A DNA stretch of 64,000 nucleotides, taken from Eledone cirrhosa. Taxonomy: Eukaryota. The stretch covers positions 67,332,001 through 67,396,000 of the forward strand of contig OZ024745.1 in the NCBI GenBank assembly GCA_964016885.1, written 5' to 3'. The first letter of the stretch is position 1, and the number at the start of each line of letters is the position of its first letter. Positions 13,720 through 27,665 of the stretch are shown here, one piece after another. The notes below the pieces were generated by a model. It was not told the origin of the DNA. It searched no databases and saw only the letters and a program-made list of their open reading frames with translations. A program made the position numbers and the translations under genes.

Positions 13720-13882
13720 GTTCGGACGCCATGCTTTGACGCATAGAGTTACGGCCCTTTATGATCTGAGTTCAAATCCCGCCGAGGTTACCTTTGCCTT
13801 TCATCCTTACGGGGTCGATAAAATAAAGTACCAGTAATGTACTGGGTTATTGCTGGCCTTGTGCCAATAGTAGAAACAATTA
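13720..13882 (+). mobile_element. SINE family A
   Basis: B-box gagttcaaatccc plus family A core. Confidence 0.85.
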
Positions 13883-14137
13883 TTTTGAAGTGTTCAATAT
13901 ATCTGATGTGTTATTGTTTTATTCCACAGCTATGTTCAAAGACAACTTTGTTTCCTTCTTGATCTACGCTCACTCGATACTGATTCTTTGAAGAAATCGC
14001 TTTCGCAACTTCAATTACACAGTAACATCGATCAGCCTAAGAGCCATTTATGCTAAGGACACATGAAAAGTGAAATAAATATTTGAAAAAGATCACAGTA
14101 TAATGAATTTTCAAAACTGATTTTCTACGACACAGTT

Positions 14138-14303
14138 ATCATCATCATCATCATCACCGTTTTACGTCCATTTTTCCACACTAGCATGGGTTAGACAGGT
14201 TGTCTTGTTGTGAGCAATGCCAGGTCGGGTGACCATGTCTTGCTCATAGGAGAACTGATTTTAGCTTGATTTCTACAGCTGGATGCCCTTCCTAACACCA
14301 ACC
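14138..14303 (-). mobile_element. SINE/retroposon 3' end with (GAT)n tail
   Basis: Reverse complement reads ggttggtgttaggaagggcatccagctgtagaaa...ggacgtaaaacggtgatgatgat, an RTE-type tail. Confidence 0.6.
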
Positions 14304-14307
14304 TCAT

Positions 14308-14812
14308 TTTTTATTCGGAGGGATCCGTTTTTTGTTTGGGGGGGGTCCGTTTTTTATTTGGGGGGATCTGTTTTTCATTTGGGTGGGGTCCGTTTTTTAT
14401 TTAGGTGGGATCTGTTTTTTATTTGGGGGATCGATTTTTTATTTAGGTGGGATCCGTTTTTTATTTGGGGTGGAATCGTTTTTTATTTGGAGGTCCGTTT
14501 TTATTTCGGGCGTCCGTTTTATATTTGGGGTTCGTTTTATATTTGGGGGTCCGTTTTTTGTTTGGGGGGATCCGTTTTATATTCGGTGGGATCCGTTTTT
14601 TGTTTGGGGGGCTCCGTTTTTATTTGGGGGGATCTGTTTTTCATTTGGGGGGAAATGTTTTTTATTTGGGGGGGAACCGTTTTTTATTTGGGTGGATCCG
14701 TTTTTATTTGGGGTCCATTTTTTATTTGGGTGGGATCCGTTTTTTATTTGGAGACATCCGTTTTTTATTTGGGGGGGGGATCCGTTTTTTATTTTGAGAG
14801 GTCGGTTTTTAT
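14308..14812. repeat. ~21-23-bp degenerate minisatellite
   Basis: Unit approximately gggggatccgttttttatttg. Confidence 0.9.
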
Positions 14813-15311
14813 ATGTTATGTTATGTTAAACTCCAATTCAAGCAATTACAGCGCGTATACATCAGTGTGCATGTGGTGTGTGAGCGTGAATCTGTTTGTG
14901 TGTGCGTATTTCTCCGTCTGTTTGTGTGTATGTACATGTATTAAGACTAAAGAAATCCAACTCTGATTCTCTTGAATAGAGACCAAGTGCGTAAAGAGAA
15001 CGCATTTGGTAACGCATTTGGTCGGAATTAAGGAATTACTGGCTTTGCTTCTCTCTAATGACTGCTTGCCACTCATTTTCTGTCTTAAGAGTATTTTACC
15101 CGATTTTCTAACTAAGTGATCCATTTTACGAATCTGTGTTTGGATTTCAACATTTTTAATTATAAATATATGTGTGTGTACATGGACTGAGTGCTCTACC
15201 ACTACGGATATTACCTTCCAGTGTTCTACCACTATATATATATATATATATGAATAGGAAAAGAGTCAGGACGCCGTCGGCTGAACTCCGGCCGTTTCGA
15301 CAACTATATAT

Positions 15312-15518
15312 ATATAATGAGGAATTGTGGGAAGGAACCAGATGGACCATAACGCACCAAAGTACTCAATACTTAGGGTAGTAGGAAGGGTAATAGGAAC
15401 AAGTATGACCCCGACGGCAGAGCTCAAGCCGTTTCGACGGCTATTTCTGGACTGAAATAGCCAGTCCAGAAATAGCCGTCGAAATGGCTTGAGCTCAGCC
15501 GTCGGGGTCATACTTGTT

Positions 15519-15523
<5 letters not shown>
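15312..15523. mobile_element. Fold-back mini-insertion of PLE pLTR family B
   Basis: Arms 15393-15454 / 15462-15523 plus ~80-bp tail 15312-15392; same sequence and end points as the 48985-52567 element; flanked by (TA)n. Confidence 0.85.
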
Positions 15524-15598
<75 letters not shown>

Positions 15599-15702
15599 CA
15601 GGACCGGCGTTACCATATAGGCAAACTAGGCAGCCACCTAGGCCGCTGATTTCAGGGGGCGCATTTTTGCCTAGGGTGCCAGATAGTCTGGCACCGGCCC
15701 TG
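15599..15702. mobile_element. hAT-type MITE (104 bp)
   Basis: TIRs caggaccggcg / caccggccctg; imperfect 8-bp TSD tataaata / tatatata. Confidence 0.75.
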
Positions 15703-16246
15703 TATATATATGTGGGGGGTGCCTGTGTTTGTGTCTATATTTATGTATATATACATATGTGTGTGTGTGTGTGTGTATGTATGCTTATGTCTGTGTATTA
15801 ATGTGGTCAAATGTGTATGTCTATGTAGGGGATGGGTGTGCGAAAACATATTTCCGTTCTTTCAATGGTAAGAAACTCTCATGTGAGCTGGACTGCAGAA
15901 GGTCCTCAGAGAAAAAATACCCTCAAGGAAGTGCTTCGGCCCTGGACTGTTTGAAAATCGCAAGTGGTAAAATTTGAAGTCCCAGTTCACCCAATATATT
16001 CCATAAATTTGACTCTACTATAAGTATAAAATATTTTCATCGGTAAATTATTGTTGTTATTAAAAACTGTATAACAACCTAACACACAATACACACACAC
16101 ACATATATATAGATAGAGAGATTATATGCAGGTTATACTTGGAGTAATAATAGTGAAAGATTGAAGAATAACATGGTCGGCTGTACATCAAGGGGCTTTA
16201 TTTCAAGTACTTCTTCAATCTTTCACTATATATATATATATATATA

Positions 16247-16368
16247 TAACGTAGAAAGTGTGATAAGGAACCAGGTGGACCATAACGCACCAAAGTACTC
16301 AATACTTAGGGTAGTAGAGTGGGTAATAGTAAAATGTTCAAGACCCCGACGGCAGAGCTCAAGCCGTT

Positions 16369-16372
<4 letters not shown>
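16247..16372 (-). mobile_element. Solo 3' end/tail of PLE family B in (TA)n
   Basis: ggaaccaggtggaccataacgcaccaaagtactcaatacttag...ccccgacggcagagctcaagccgtttcga. Confidence 0.8.
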
Positions 16373-16414
<42 letters not shown>

Positions 16415-16480
16415 TGTGTGTGTGTGAGTGCTTGTTATTAATACAGATTTTAAATATTTGCTCTACGGGTTTTTATATAC

Positions 16481-16538
<58 letters not shown>

Positions 16539-16579
16539 TTATCGAGCCCTCTTCGGATTTTACTCTTCGTAACTATTAT

Positions 16580-16627
<48 letters not shown>

Positions 16628-16629
16628 AG

Positions 16630-17312
16630 GGCTGGTAAAATTCCCGAGATCCATGGACGAGTTCTCTCCAGTGGCTTCTGACCTTCATCATCGCTGCCAT
16701 GTCCTGTGTCTCCAGGAGATGATGCAGGAGGTGGAGACTGTGTCTATGAGTGTGGGGCTGAGAATGAATGAGATTAATACGAAGTATCTGGTAGAGAATA
16801 TTAAGAAGCCAGAGAAGATTACGAAAGTAGGCGGGAAACCGCTAGAATTGGTTGAGGACTTCCTGTATCTGGGAGCAAAGATTGGGAATACAGAAGATGA
16901 TGTGGTTGGGAGGAAGAGCAAAGCCTAGGCGGCGTGCCACAGCTTAAGATCGGTGTGGACGTCGGACCTTCGTAAAGACCTGAAGATCCGCCTCTTCGTT
17001 GCTGTAGTGGAGTCTGTGCTGCCGTACGGGCCTGAGAATTGGACACTGACCAAGAAACTCACTCAGATGGTGGATGGGTGCTACACGAGAATGCTGAGGA
17101 TGGCTCTGAACATTAATCAGTATACACTGAAGATGAAGAACTCAGAGCTGTACGGGAGCCTCCCAAACGTCAGCTCGAAAGTAGCACAGAGGAGACTGAG
17201 GTTAGCCGGACATGCTCACCGACATCCAGAGTTGACACTGCATTCAGTGGCCCTGTGGGAGCTCCTGCATGGACACACTAGAAGTGGGAGACCGAGGTTG
17301 ACATATTTTGAT
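16630..17312 (+). pseudogene. RTE-clade LINE, 5'-truncated RT C-terminus
   Basis: [67 protein letters not shown]; internal stop. Confidence 0.9.
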
Positions 17313-17336
17313 ATATATTGATATATATATATATAT

Positions 17337-17410
<74 letters not shown>

Positions 17411-17413
17411 ATA

Positions 17414-17448
<35 letters not shown>

Positions 17449-17451
<3 letters not shown>

Positions 17452-17668
17452 CGTTTCTGAATTTGTTTAGCAAGATTCTTTATCTGAAAACGTGTGTTGA
17501 AACCGATATTGTTATACTTTGGGAGGGTCATGTTGCCAATAAGAAACACACGCACCAGTTGCTTTCACTTCAATTTATTATAAATTTAATTTATAATAAA
17601 TTGAAGTGAAAGCAACTGGCGCGTGTGTTTCTTGTTGGCAACATGACCCTCCCGAAGTATAACAATAT
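17449..17668. mobile_element. Fold-back mini-insertion, family C
   Basis: ~80-bp arms (17506-17585 / ~17590-17668) plus ~57-bp tail, (TA)n on both sides. Confidence 0.85.
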
Positions 17669-18146
17669 ATATATATATATATATATATACAATATATTAA
17701 CAAATGGAAACTATATTTATAAAACCATATTTATTTCATATACATATTTCAAGGGCCACCAAGGTAAACTATGGTGCGCTTTCATCAGATAAAATATAAT
17801 ATAGGTTAGTTTTATAAATAAATATTGACATACCCTTAAAAAATGCAACCATTCTGGTTGGAATCTCCTAGATAAATATAACCTCTACATATATATATAT
17901 ATATATATGTAAATATATATATATATATATTATATACCGTGTATATACGTGTCTATGTGCAACTCTGTGTATGTACGTGTGTGAGTGCGTTTGTGTTTGT
18001 ATAATGACTATATACCATCAAATATCGATTCTGATTTCTCTTCCTCGTTTTCTATCAATGCAGAAACCCATTTATTGATTTACACATGTCAATCGATCTG
18101 CCAATTTTTCAATCTCTCACCATCTCTCTCTCCTACTTCCCTTCCA

Positions 18147-18217
<71 letters not shown>

Positions 18218-18592
18218 TCTCTCTCTCACTCACGTGATCATTGTGCCATCATTTCCTTCATCTGTGTATTTGTCATTCTTTTTGTCAGTTTTATTTGTCT
18301 ATTATATATATTTCAGGTAACAACCTTCCAGCCAAAACTAAACACGGTTAGTATTTCTAAGGACAAAAGCCTATATGGTTTTGTTTAAACAGGATTTTGT
18401 AACATATCCTTCTCCACTGATTATACATTCATCGCTGCCGGAAATCATTTCCTATGATAATTAATTAAAAAAATAAATAAATAAAGTTGTGCTCTTTTTT
18501 ATCATTTTACTAATTTCAATCATTGGACCGCGTCCATACTGGGGCACGACATTTATTGGTCTTTTTTACTCGAATATATCGATTCCTCAATG

Positions 18593-18770
18593 AGGTGGTG
18601 GTGGTGGTGGTGCTGGTGTTGGTGCTGGTACTGTTGCTGATAGTGCTGGTTGTGGTGGTGATGGTTGAGGTGGTGGTGGTGGTGGTGCTGGTGGTGCTGG
18701 TGCTGCTGGTGCTGGTGCTGGTGGTTGTGGTGGTGGTTGTGGTGGTGGTGGGGCTGGTGGGGCTGGTGTT
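18593..18770. repeat. (GGT/GCT)n trinucleotide repeat
   Basis: ggtggtgctggt units. Confidence 0.9.
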
Positions 18771-19039
18771 ATAGTTTTTACTAAAACTATTAGTAACAAC
18801 TTAATAGTGGCTGCTCTGGGAATAATACAAAATCACACAGACCGACACATAACCTAACCCCGTGATTTACAAAGATACACAGCATACAGAAAACAGCATT
18901 ACTAGGCACTGCATGCTTATAATGAAAAGTAGCTTCAATGCAATCAAACCAACAGCAAGAACAACACTATATATACCCGAGGCGCACATCGATGTTCGGT
19001 AATGCAGTGAAAGCACGCAATATAAATCATCATCAGTAG

Positions 19040-20025
19040 AGCGGTGGATTGGCAGTATCGGTAGAGGGTCGGACGCCATGCTTTGCTGCATACGGCCCTT
19101 TACGGTCTGAGTTCAAATCCCGCCGAAGTTAACTTTGCCTTTCATCCTTTCGATAAAATAAAGCACCAGTAATGCACTGAGATAATTGCTGGCCTTGTGC
19201 CAAAAGTAGTCGATTGGTAGATTGGTAGTGTCGATAGAACGTCGTACACAATGATTTTCAGTATATAGTTCTGAGTTCAAATTCCTGCCTTTCATCCTTA
19301 TGTGATCGATAAAATAAAGCAACAGTAATGCACTGCGGTCGATTTAATTGATTCCCCCACCCCCACTTCAAAATTGGTGCCCTTGTGCCTAAATCAGATA
19401 CCATAATTATGCCAATGATTATATTTTTATTGTGATAACTATGAGGTTTTTTGCGGGAATAGGTTATAATTCTAACACATTTCGCTCTGTCTATCTCTCT
19501 CTCTCTCCCTCCACTTTTGTTTCTTACTTTTTCTTCCTTTCTTACTCACATTTGCATCAATTTCTCTATCTTTTCTTATTATTAAGTGTCTTTAGAGCAG
19601 CGCCTTGGCAATATCGGTAGAGTATCAGACAAAATGTTTTGCGGCATTTAGTTACGACTTTCTACTTTCTGAGTTCAAACCCCACCAAGGATATCTTTGC
19701 CTTCCGTCCTTACAGAGTCGATAAAGCACCAGTAATGCACTGAGGTCGATTTAATGGACTTACCCTCCCCCCAAATTGTTGGCCCTGTGCCTAAATCAGA
19801 TATCATTATTTGGAAATAGTTTAGGGCGATGGATTGGCAATATCGGTAGATCGTCGAACAACATGCTTCATAGAGTTACACCCCTTTACGTTCTGAGTTC
19901 ATATCCCGCTGACATTAGCTTTACAGAGTCGATAAAATAAAGTACCAGTAATGCACTAGGGACGATTTAATCGATTTTCCCCTTCCCTTCAAATTGCTGG
20001 TCTTGTACTAAAATTAGAAACAATT
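19040..20025 (+). mobile_element. Cluster of four co-oriented SINE family A copies
   Basis: Copies at ~19040-19210, 19215-19410, 19598-19810 and 19823-20025, each with gagttcaaa(t)cc-like B-box and core. Confidence 0.85.
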
Positions 20026-20157
20026 GTTAACTCTCTTTAAAGTTTTATTTTATTCTCACTCTTCCCCTATCATCTTCTCTCTCCCTATTTTTCATTTCGC
20101 TCTAACTCTCTCATTCTATCTATGTATCTATCCATCTAACCATCTATCTATCTATCG

Positions 20158-20192
<35 letters not shown>

Positions 20193-20197
20193 CATCT

Positions 20198-23100
20198 ACA
20201 ACAAAAACAACAACAACAACAACAACAACGACAACAATGACAACAACAACAACAGCAACTATAAAAAATCTTTTGCCACACACAATAAACAAAGGAACTT
20301 TTACAAATATTGGTATTTCCAATGCGAAGGAAATGATCAATGAAGGAAAATAATATATTACCTTCGAGAAAAAAGGGGGATTTAAAATAACCTCTCCGCC
20401 ACAAGTAAAAGCCGACACTATGCGAAGGACTGTGATTTTTTGTACGATTTTGAACAAACAAAAAAAAACCGCCTTTCCTTACTCAAGGTGAAATTGAAAT
20501 CGTCTTGAAAGAGGCAATGCCGGAAATACAATACATACAAAGGGCTAAACTGTATGGAAGCATTTCGGTGCTCTTCAAAAGTGAGGCCCTTGCGAAAAAA
20601 TACTCAGTGACCCCGGTCACCTCTGCCACACACACCCTTTTCCCTACATACATGGGGAAAAGAACACAAAGAATAAACATCACCAATATACTACCCAACA
20701 TTAACATCTGGTGGATTCTGGCAGGGTTCTTGGAGGAAGATGAAGACACAAAACTGTCGATTCAAAAATCCACAAGAAACACCTGGAACGGCACAAGCTT
20801 GGAAATGTTGGTCCAAATGAAACCGGACAGAATTTCCAAGATACCAGAAAGGGTGCCAGTAGACAATACCAATTACATCCACATTTCGGCAGATGGAGGC
20901 CACATTGTTTTAAATTCGCGAGCACATCGCATTTAAAGGCCTCCTGTCCCCTCTTACGAACAAACACCACTACCCCCCCCCCCCCCCAAGTACTTTTACC
21001 AACACCAACTCCAAAACCACAACAGCAACAACAACACATAAAACAAGAAAACACACAAAAACAAACAACTGTTCAACCACAAACAACAGAAAAAGCACAA
21101 ACAATTCCCCTGAAAAACACAGTCCCACCCCATCCCACTAAATCCAACTCTACCACAATCACACACACAAACACACCATCACCACACAACATACCCCTCC
21201 CACACGCTCCTGATGACGATTCATCACCAGACGAGGCTACCTCTCCATCCCCAAGTTAAGATGAAGGAGAGCCTCGTAAATGAAATAAACAAAAAAAGAG
21301 ACACCACAAAGCCACAAAAACAACAATCACCAACACAACACACAACCACCAACACAAATAACAACACAAACACCACCACAATCACCCCCACCCGCCACCC
21401 ACCAGCAAAATAAACACCAACACCACCCCAAACACAAATGCCCAACATAAAAAAAACTACAAAATGAACAACAAACCAAAACAACACAACAAAAAAAACA
21501 AACAACAATACACATACATTAACACAAACAACAAAAACCTAATGGAGTTCATCTCCCAAGACCCCAAAGTAGAAACTGAGGGGAAAACTTTTATAAAAGC
21601 AAACTCTCAACCACACCTAAAACTAATAAGGGTTTCGATAGAGACCTATCAGACATTGAAAGAAAAGTGTTCACAGGACGTTTGCAACCCCTGCCAAAAA
21701 CCAATAAACCGTGTCCTGTTGAAATGTTTCACCACCCCACTCAACACCCTCACCAGAACTGAATGGAGATTGAACAACCTGATCTCCAGGAAACGAAAAG
21801 GTAAGTGCACCTTTTCGTCCTTTTTGCCAACTCTTCTCCACCAACATGGCTGACTTACGAGTTGGAAGCGTGAATGTGCGTGGCCTAGGGATACCCTGGA
21901 AACAGAGCCAACATTTAAACGACCTTAGGTCACACGGTATAGATGTAATAGCCATCACCGAGTCCAGGATCCACAACAGGCAGCAACTAATCCCCATTTT
22001 CAATGACTTTGAGATCTACGCATCTCTCTGTCAGCCGGGAGGTGGAGGGGGAGTGACTGTCATGTTTCGGAAAAACCTGGATCTCGAAGTACAGCAAGTG
22101 CACTTGGACCCGGAGGGTAGACTGGTGGTCCTAGACGTGAACAGTATTGGAGGTGGAGTCTTCAGACTGGTGGCCGTTTATGCCCCGACCGGGAAATCAC
22201 AATAGCAGCCAGACTTCTTTAAGCGTCTGGAGTCTTTTCTGGAAACGTCTCGCTCCTTGCTTTTAGTGGGGGACTGGAATGGTATCCTAGATGCACGATG
22301 GGACTATATGGGAGCATGTCCTAGTAGAGCGGGGTGCAACAGCCTCAAAAATCTAATCGGCCAATTCCAACTGGCCGATAGATATCGACTAGATTTCCCA
22401 ACTGCACCACAGTGGACGTGGGCAAACCGCAGCGGTACATCTAGATCGTATCTAGATAGGTTTTTCATTAGAGAAAAGGACAAGATGTTAAGCTGTCCAC
22501 AAATGCACATGGCTGCCTATTCAGATCACAAACTAGTCGTCTGCATAGTCAACCATGATAGAATACATAGACAAGGAACCGGATACTGGAAGTTGAACGT
22601 GTCGCTACCGACACGTTAAGCAACAATTGACGGGAGCCATCGTCAACAACAGATGATGGTACTCCCTCAAGAAAGCAATTAGAGTAGAATCTATAGACTT
22701 TAGAAGAGAGTTCGCCTTAAAGAGAAGCAAAACAGAAACGGAACTAGTAGCCAAGGTAGAGGAGGCGCTTAGGAGTGGCAACGTAGCTAGAGTGCTAGCA
22801 ACGAGAACGGCACTGGACCAGTTCTTCGACCCGAAACACGAAGGCTGCGTGATCAGAAGCAAATCACGTGCTCTAGGAAACGAGGGTCGAAAGCTGTTAG
22901 CTGGGCCCGAGTGGCAGAGGCGAAAAGTGACAACAAGTCCACGATTCGGTCTTTGAAAGACCAAAACGGACGCGTGTTACTTGACCCCAGGCGGATGTGC
23001 GCGGCCTTACAGCGGCACTTTGCGCAACTGTTCGGGCAGAGTGGCGGTGCGTCGAACGAGGCTATGGACTTCGGTTCAATTTAGATCAGTCTAAGGCATT

Positions 23101-24992
23101 CAATAGGGTCGACCATCGATACTTGGAAGCGGTTCTCAAGGCGGCCAGTTTCGAACCCGTCTTAAGAGGCTGGATCGCCGCAATGCACACCAGCATCTGC
23201 TCGATGGTCAAGGTGAACGGCTACCTATCGGAGCCGTTCGCAATCACGCATTCCATCCGACTGGGATTCCCTCTCTCCTCCATTCTGTACGTACTGACTC
23301 TAGAGCCACTACTGCGGAAGCTGGAGCTGCTGCAGAGCATTCTGTTGGGATCGGGACTGCGGAAAGCGGCGTCGGCTTATGCCGACGACGTTACGGTATT
23401 GGTGTCGGAAGCCTCCGAAATCGGGGCGATCGGCAACTTACTGCAGGAATATGAAAGGCTCACAGGAGCAAAACTGAACTCGGACAAGTCTGTCGGTTTG
23501 CAACTCGGTACGTGGAGAGGCAAACCGAAGCCGTCCGACAGCGTCGTCGGACGCTGGACGGACGGACCGGTGAAATTGCTCGGAATCTGGTTCGGTCCAG
23601 ACCTCCAGGTGGAGAAAAACTGGAACGAGGTCACGGCCAAGGTATTTGCGCACACCCAGAAATGGGCAGAGTGCAAACTATCCTTGAAAGGTCGAGCGGA
23701 GGTAGCGAACACTTTCATGGCGTCCGTCATCTACTACCGTTGACCGTCGTGCCTTGTACCCGTGAACACCTCACCAAGATAGAACGCATGCTCTTCCAGT
23801 TCCTTTGAAAGAAGCAGGCTCCACTGGTGAGGAGATCCGTCTGCTGTCAGCACCCTTCCAACGGAGGGCTGGGAATACCGTGGCTGATGATGCGCAAGCA
23901 TGCGCTGAGACTGCGGCATCTACAGGTATTCATCACCTATCCCCAACCGGTGTGGGCACCGTTTGTGAGACAGGCCTTCCCGCAACTTGTATCGCTGGCG
24001 GAGCTGCAATCCTGGGTCAAGCGAAGACCGAAGAAGATGGGCGCCTGGCACATTGAATGCGCTCAGGCGCTCGCAGTCCTCTGTCAAGCAGGCGCGGCAA
24101 TCAGTGGAGACTCCACCTCGACATTCTATAGAGGGTTAGTACGTCACAAGGGCGACGACGTGCTCGGAGAGACTCTAGGCGTCAAAGACGACGAACTCAC
24201 CAGTCTGTTTGGTAGGACTTTCCGCCCGGGAGCCATGGACAACTTCCAGAGGTCCCTGGCCCGGAAGTGCTACCGAGGAGCTCTACCAGTTCGTGACAAG
24301 ATCTACAGGCACGGACGCCCTGGCAGGGATCCTTCCAAGAGGACGTGTCCAAGATGCGCGCAGGACATTGAAACCGTCCTTCACGCAATTGTACACTTCC
24401 CGAGCGTAACCGACCTGTGGAACTAAGCTGAACAACTGCTGTCGCTTATGGGACAAATCCAGTTGACTGCTGAGTCCATAGTAAGGATCAAACCGTCAAC
24501 TTCTTTCAAAAACGAAAGAGAGGCGGTTTTCCTCTGTATAGTGGCTATGGTGAAAGAGGTTATATGGTGGACGAGATTGAGAGGACTGAGGACAGACGCC
24601 TTTCTCTCCGGACAACTTATTCTCTTCTTTAGATACCACTTTAGAAGGAGAATCAGAGTGGAGAGAGAGGCACTGCACTCCAGTAAATTTACTGAAAGGT
24701 GGGTGAATGTGGCAAAAATGGCCCGAGTGATTGGGCCTTCTCTGTATATAAACCTGTAGGTTGAAGAAGAGAGCAAAAGGAAGAAAGGACACTTGCACAA
24801 CACGCTCTTGAAGTTGAGGGTTGTTCTATCGACGGGATATTAAACAACCCATTTGTGGCGCCTGCCCCCTATTGGGGATTTCGATTGTTATAATTGTTTG
24901 TTTCATATTTTTTTATACGATTGTATGTAAAATCCCCGGCATGTCTTTGTTTTGTCCCCTTTTCTTGTGCGGACTTGTGGCTAATAAAGAAA
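20198..24992 (+). mobile_element. Tx1/L1-clade LINE, near full length, decayed
   Basis: ORF1 remnant (RRM-like, degenerate CCHC knuckle HCFK.ASTSHLKASCP, low-complexity T/Q/N tail), ORF2, 3' UTR ending aataaagaaa. Confidence 0.9.
21846..24759 (+). pseudogene. Tx1/L1 ORF2: APE endonuclease, RT and C-terminal zinc finger
   Basis: SVNVRGL, ITES, VYAP, GDWN, SYLDRF, SDH, YWKLN, LDQSKAFNRVDH, G.PLS, YADD, GGLG.P, CPRC...ETVLH; several stops and frameshifts; RT N-terminal motifs deleted near 23070. Confidence 0.92.
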
Positions 24993-25143
24993 TATATCTA
25001 TCTCTCGTTCCATTCTTTGTCCTTCCAATATCTGTCTTTTGTACCCTGTCTTTCCCTGTTCTTTTCTTTGAAGACACCTGCGTCTTTCCTTTTCTATCTC
25101 TCCTTCTCTTTCTCTTTCTCTTTCTCTTTCTCTCTTTTTCTCT

Positions 25144-25195
<52 letters not shown>

Positions 25196-25469
25196 CTCTT
25201 TCTTTACACTCACTTACTATTTATCTTCAGTGTTCATTCATTGCATTCCTTCTCGCAGATTCTATGTATCTTTCCCACACTCTCATACATTTTTTCTTTA
25301 CATCCATGATTCTCTATCTCACCCTCTCTACTCATTCGTTTTTCATCACTATTTCAATATTTTTTTCACTCGCACCTCTATTGTCAATATTTTATATTTT
25401 TAGTTCAAAAGTTTCATGGATAACCGCATCTAAAGTGCAACTATAGGTCTGTCTCAATGTGTATATAAT

Positions 25470-25515
<46 letters not shown>

Positions 25516-26107
25516 ATATGTATATATATATATATGTGTGTATGTGTATGTATATATATATATATATATATATATGCATATATATATATATATACATATA
25601 TACATATACATATATATATTCATATATATATATAATATATATGTAGAGAGAGAGATAGCGAGAGAGAGAAAAAGAGAGAAAGTGAGAAGGCGGGGGTGGG
25701 GAGTTGGTGGAGTATATGTGTATGTGCATGTACGTGTGTATGGCAGTTATGTTTTGTGAAAGTATATTTCTATATGTGTGAGCACGTGCATTTCTGTATA
25801 CATAAAAAGCATTGTTTAACATTAGTCACCATAACATATTTATCGAACAATATAGCCAGGAGCGTGGATAAGTGAGGTAAAGAAACATAAAATGTATCTT
25901 TTTGTTTAAAGCTGAAGAGGAAAATCGGAAATGTAACATGTTTACTGAAGAGTGAAGCACTTTATAAACTGGGCTACCGTATTGAAAACATCTTTTGGGG
26001 GAAATAATCTAAACTACTTATGCAAAGAAACATATATATATATATGTTTCTTTGCATATATTATGGAATACTGTTGGCTTCTTGCTACAATAATTTCTAT
26101 ACTTTTC

Positions 26108-26215
<108 letters not shown>

Positions 26216-26230
26216 TATATATTATATATA

Positions 26231-26285
<55 letters not shown>

Positions 26286-26453
26286 TTGAAATAGTACATC
26301 GTTCCTGTGTCAGTGTTGAACAAAAAGGTGACTTGGTTGCCTTAACACCGTACGGCATAAAATTCAGGCTGTTCAGTTTGTTTACAAACGAACAAAGCCG
26401 CGTTATAATAAGCGTCCGCTAAACTGATACGCGCATATATGTATGTGTACCTG

Positions 26454-26511
<58 letters not shown>

Positions 26512-26558
26512 TGCTACTGTACGTCTGCATACATATATGTATGTACGTATACACACAT

Positions 26559-27118
26559 GGTGGCTGCCAACTCGTTTTCGAGTACGGCCACTACTTTATA
26601 TCCATGTAGGAGAACCCCTACCAATGCGCTGAACGAGTGTGACTTTTTAGTCCAGCCAGCGACTTGAAAACTCTGGTACAAACACTACACTTGTGACAAT
26701 TATTGACACACAGTGCTGGGCCCATGGTACCATGTGACGACAAGTGCAGAGAGATCTCCAGATATAAAGCAATGCCTGTGCCGTGAAGCTTTTATAGTGA
26801 GCAAAGGCACTGCACAAAGCCAGTCCCACTCTCTTAACCAAGATGATATTTACCAAAAAGAAGAACAAGTCAACATCATTGGATACCATCAGAGTTGCAG
26901 GTGTTATATCAGAGTTTTCCTTCTCCTAGAATTCTGCCTTGACAAAGGCTAAGGGGTCATCTCTCCCGGTGATTTTGGATGGCCATTGACTCTTAAGCGC
27001 TCCTTTGCCCTTTGACAGGTTTTGTTTTTAGTCCTGCAGGATGTCCAAAGTCACCCTCCTCACCAAGAAACCTTGGTGGGGTTGCCAGTTTAGTCGCCAA
27101 CGACCCGACCATGAGACA
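26559..27118 (-). mobile_element. Family R retroposon, 5'-truncated copy
   Basis: Near-identical to 2226-2793; same 3' end, in CA/TA microsatellite. Confidence 0.85.
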
Positions 27119-27129
27119 CACATACTTAC

Positions 27130-27175
<46 letters not shown>

Positions 27176-27420
27176 TGTTATATATATATTTTTAAATATA
27201 TATATTTTTTTCAATCACATATTTTTTTATTTGTTTGACCCGAATTACTTGGTCGTTTCTATGGTTGTGCGGATGACGGTTTAACCATCGTTTCAGTGTG
27301 TTTGGCCTTTAACGTATGTTGTAGCTCTGGTTCGTCAGAATTATTGAGCGCTTGCCACAACAGATCTCGGAAGTTGTTTTTCGCTAATTCCAAAGCCGAA
27401 ATACGATTCTCGCTAATTTA

Positions 27421-27458
<38 letters not shown>

Positions 27459-27461
<3 letters not shown>

Positions 27462-27620
27462 CGTTTCTGAATTTGTTTAGCAAGATTATTTATCTGAAAA
27501 CGTGTGTTGAAACCGATATTGTTATACTTTGGGGGGGGGTCATGTTGCCAATAAGAAACACACGCACCAGTTGTGTGTGTGTTTCTTATTGGCAACATGA
27601 CCCCCCCCCCCCCCAAAAGT

Positions 27621-27630
<10 letters not shown>
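27459..27630. mobile_element. Fold-back mini-insertion, family C
   Basis: Same tail and same short-arm end (aacaatat) as 17449-17668 but a different fold-back point. Confidence 0.85.

Positions 27631-27660
<30 letters not shown>

Positions 27661-27665
<5 letters not shown>

Noticed and set aside
14283-14966. 227-aa G/F/W-rich ORF
   Set aside because: Arises from the ~22-bp minisatellite
27277-27345. CTGACGA...GAAAC...GTC on the - strand
   Set aside because: Stems I and II are unconvincing
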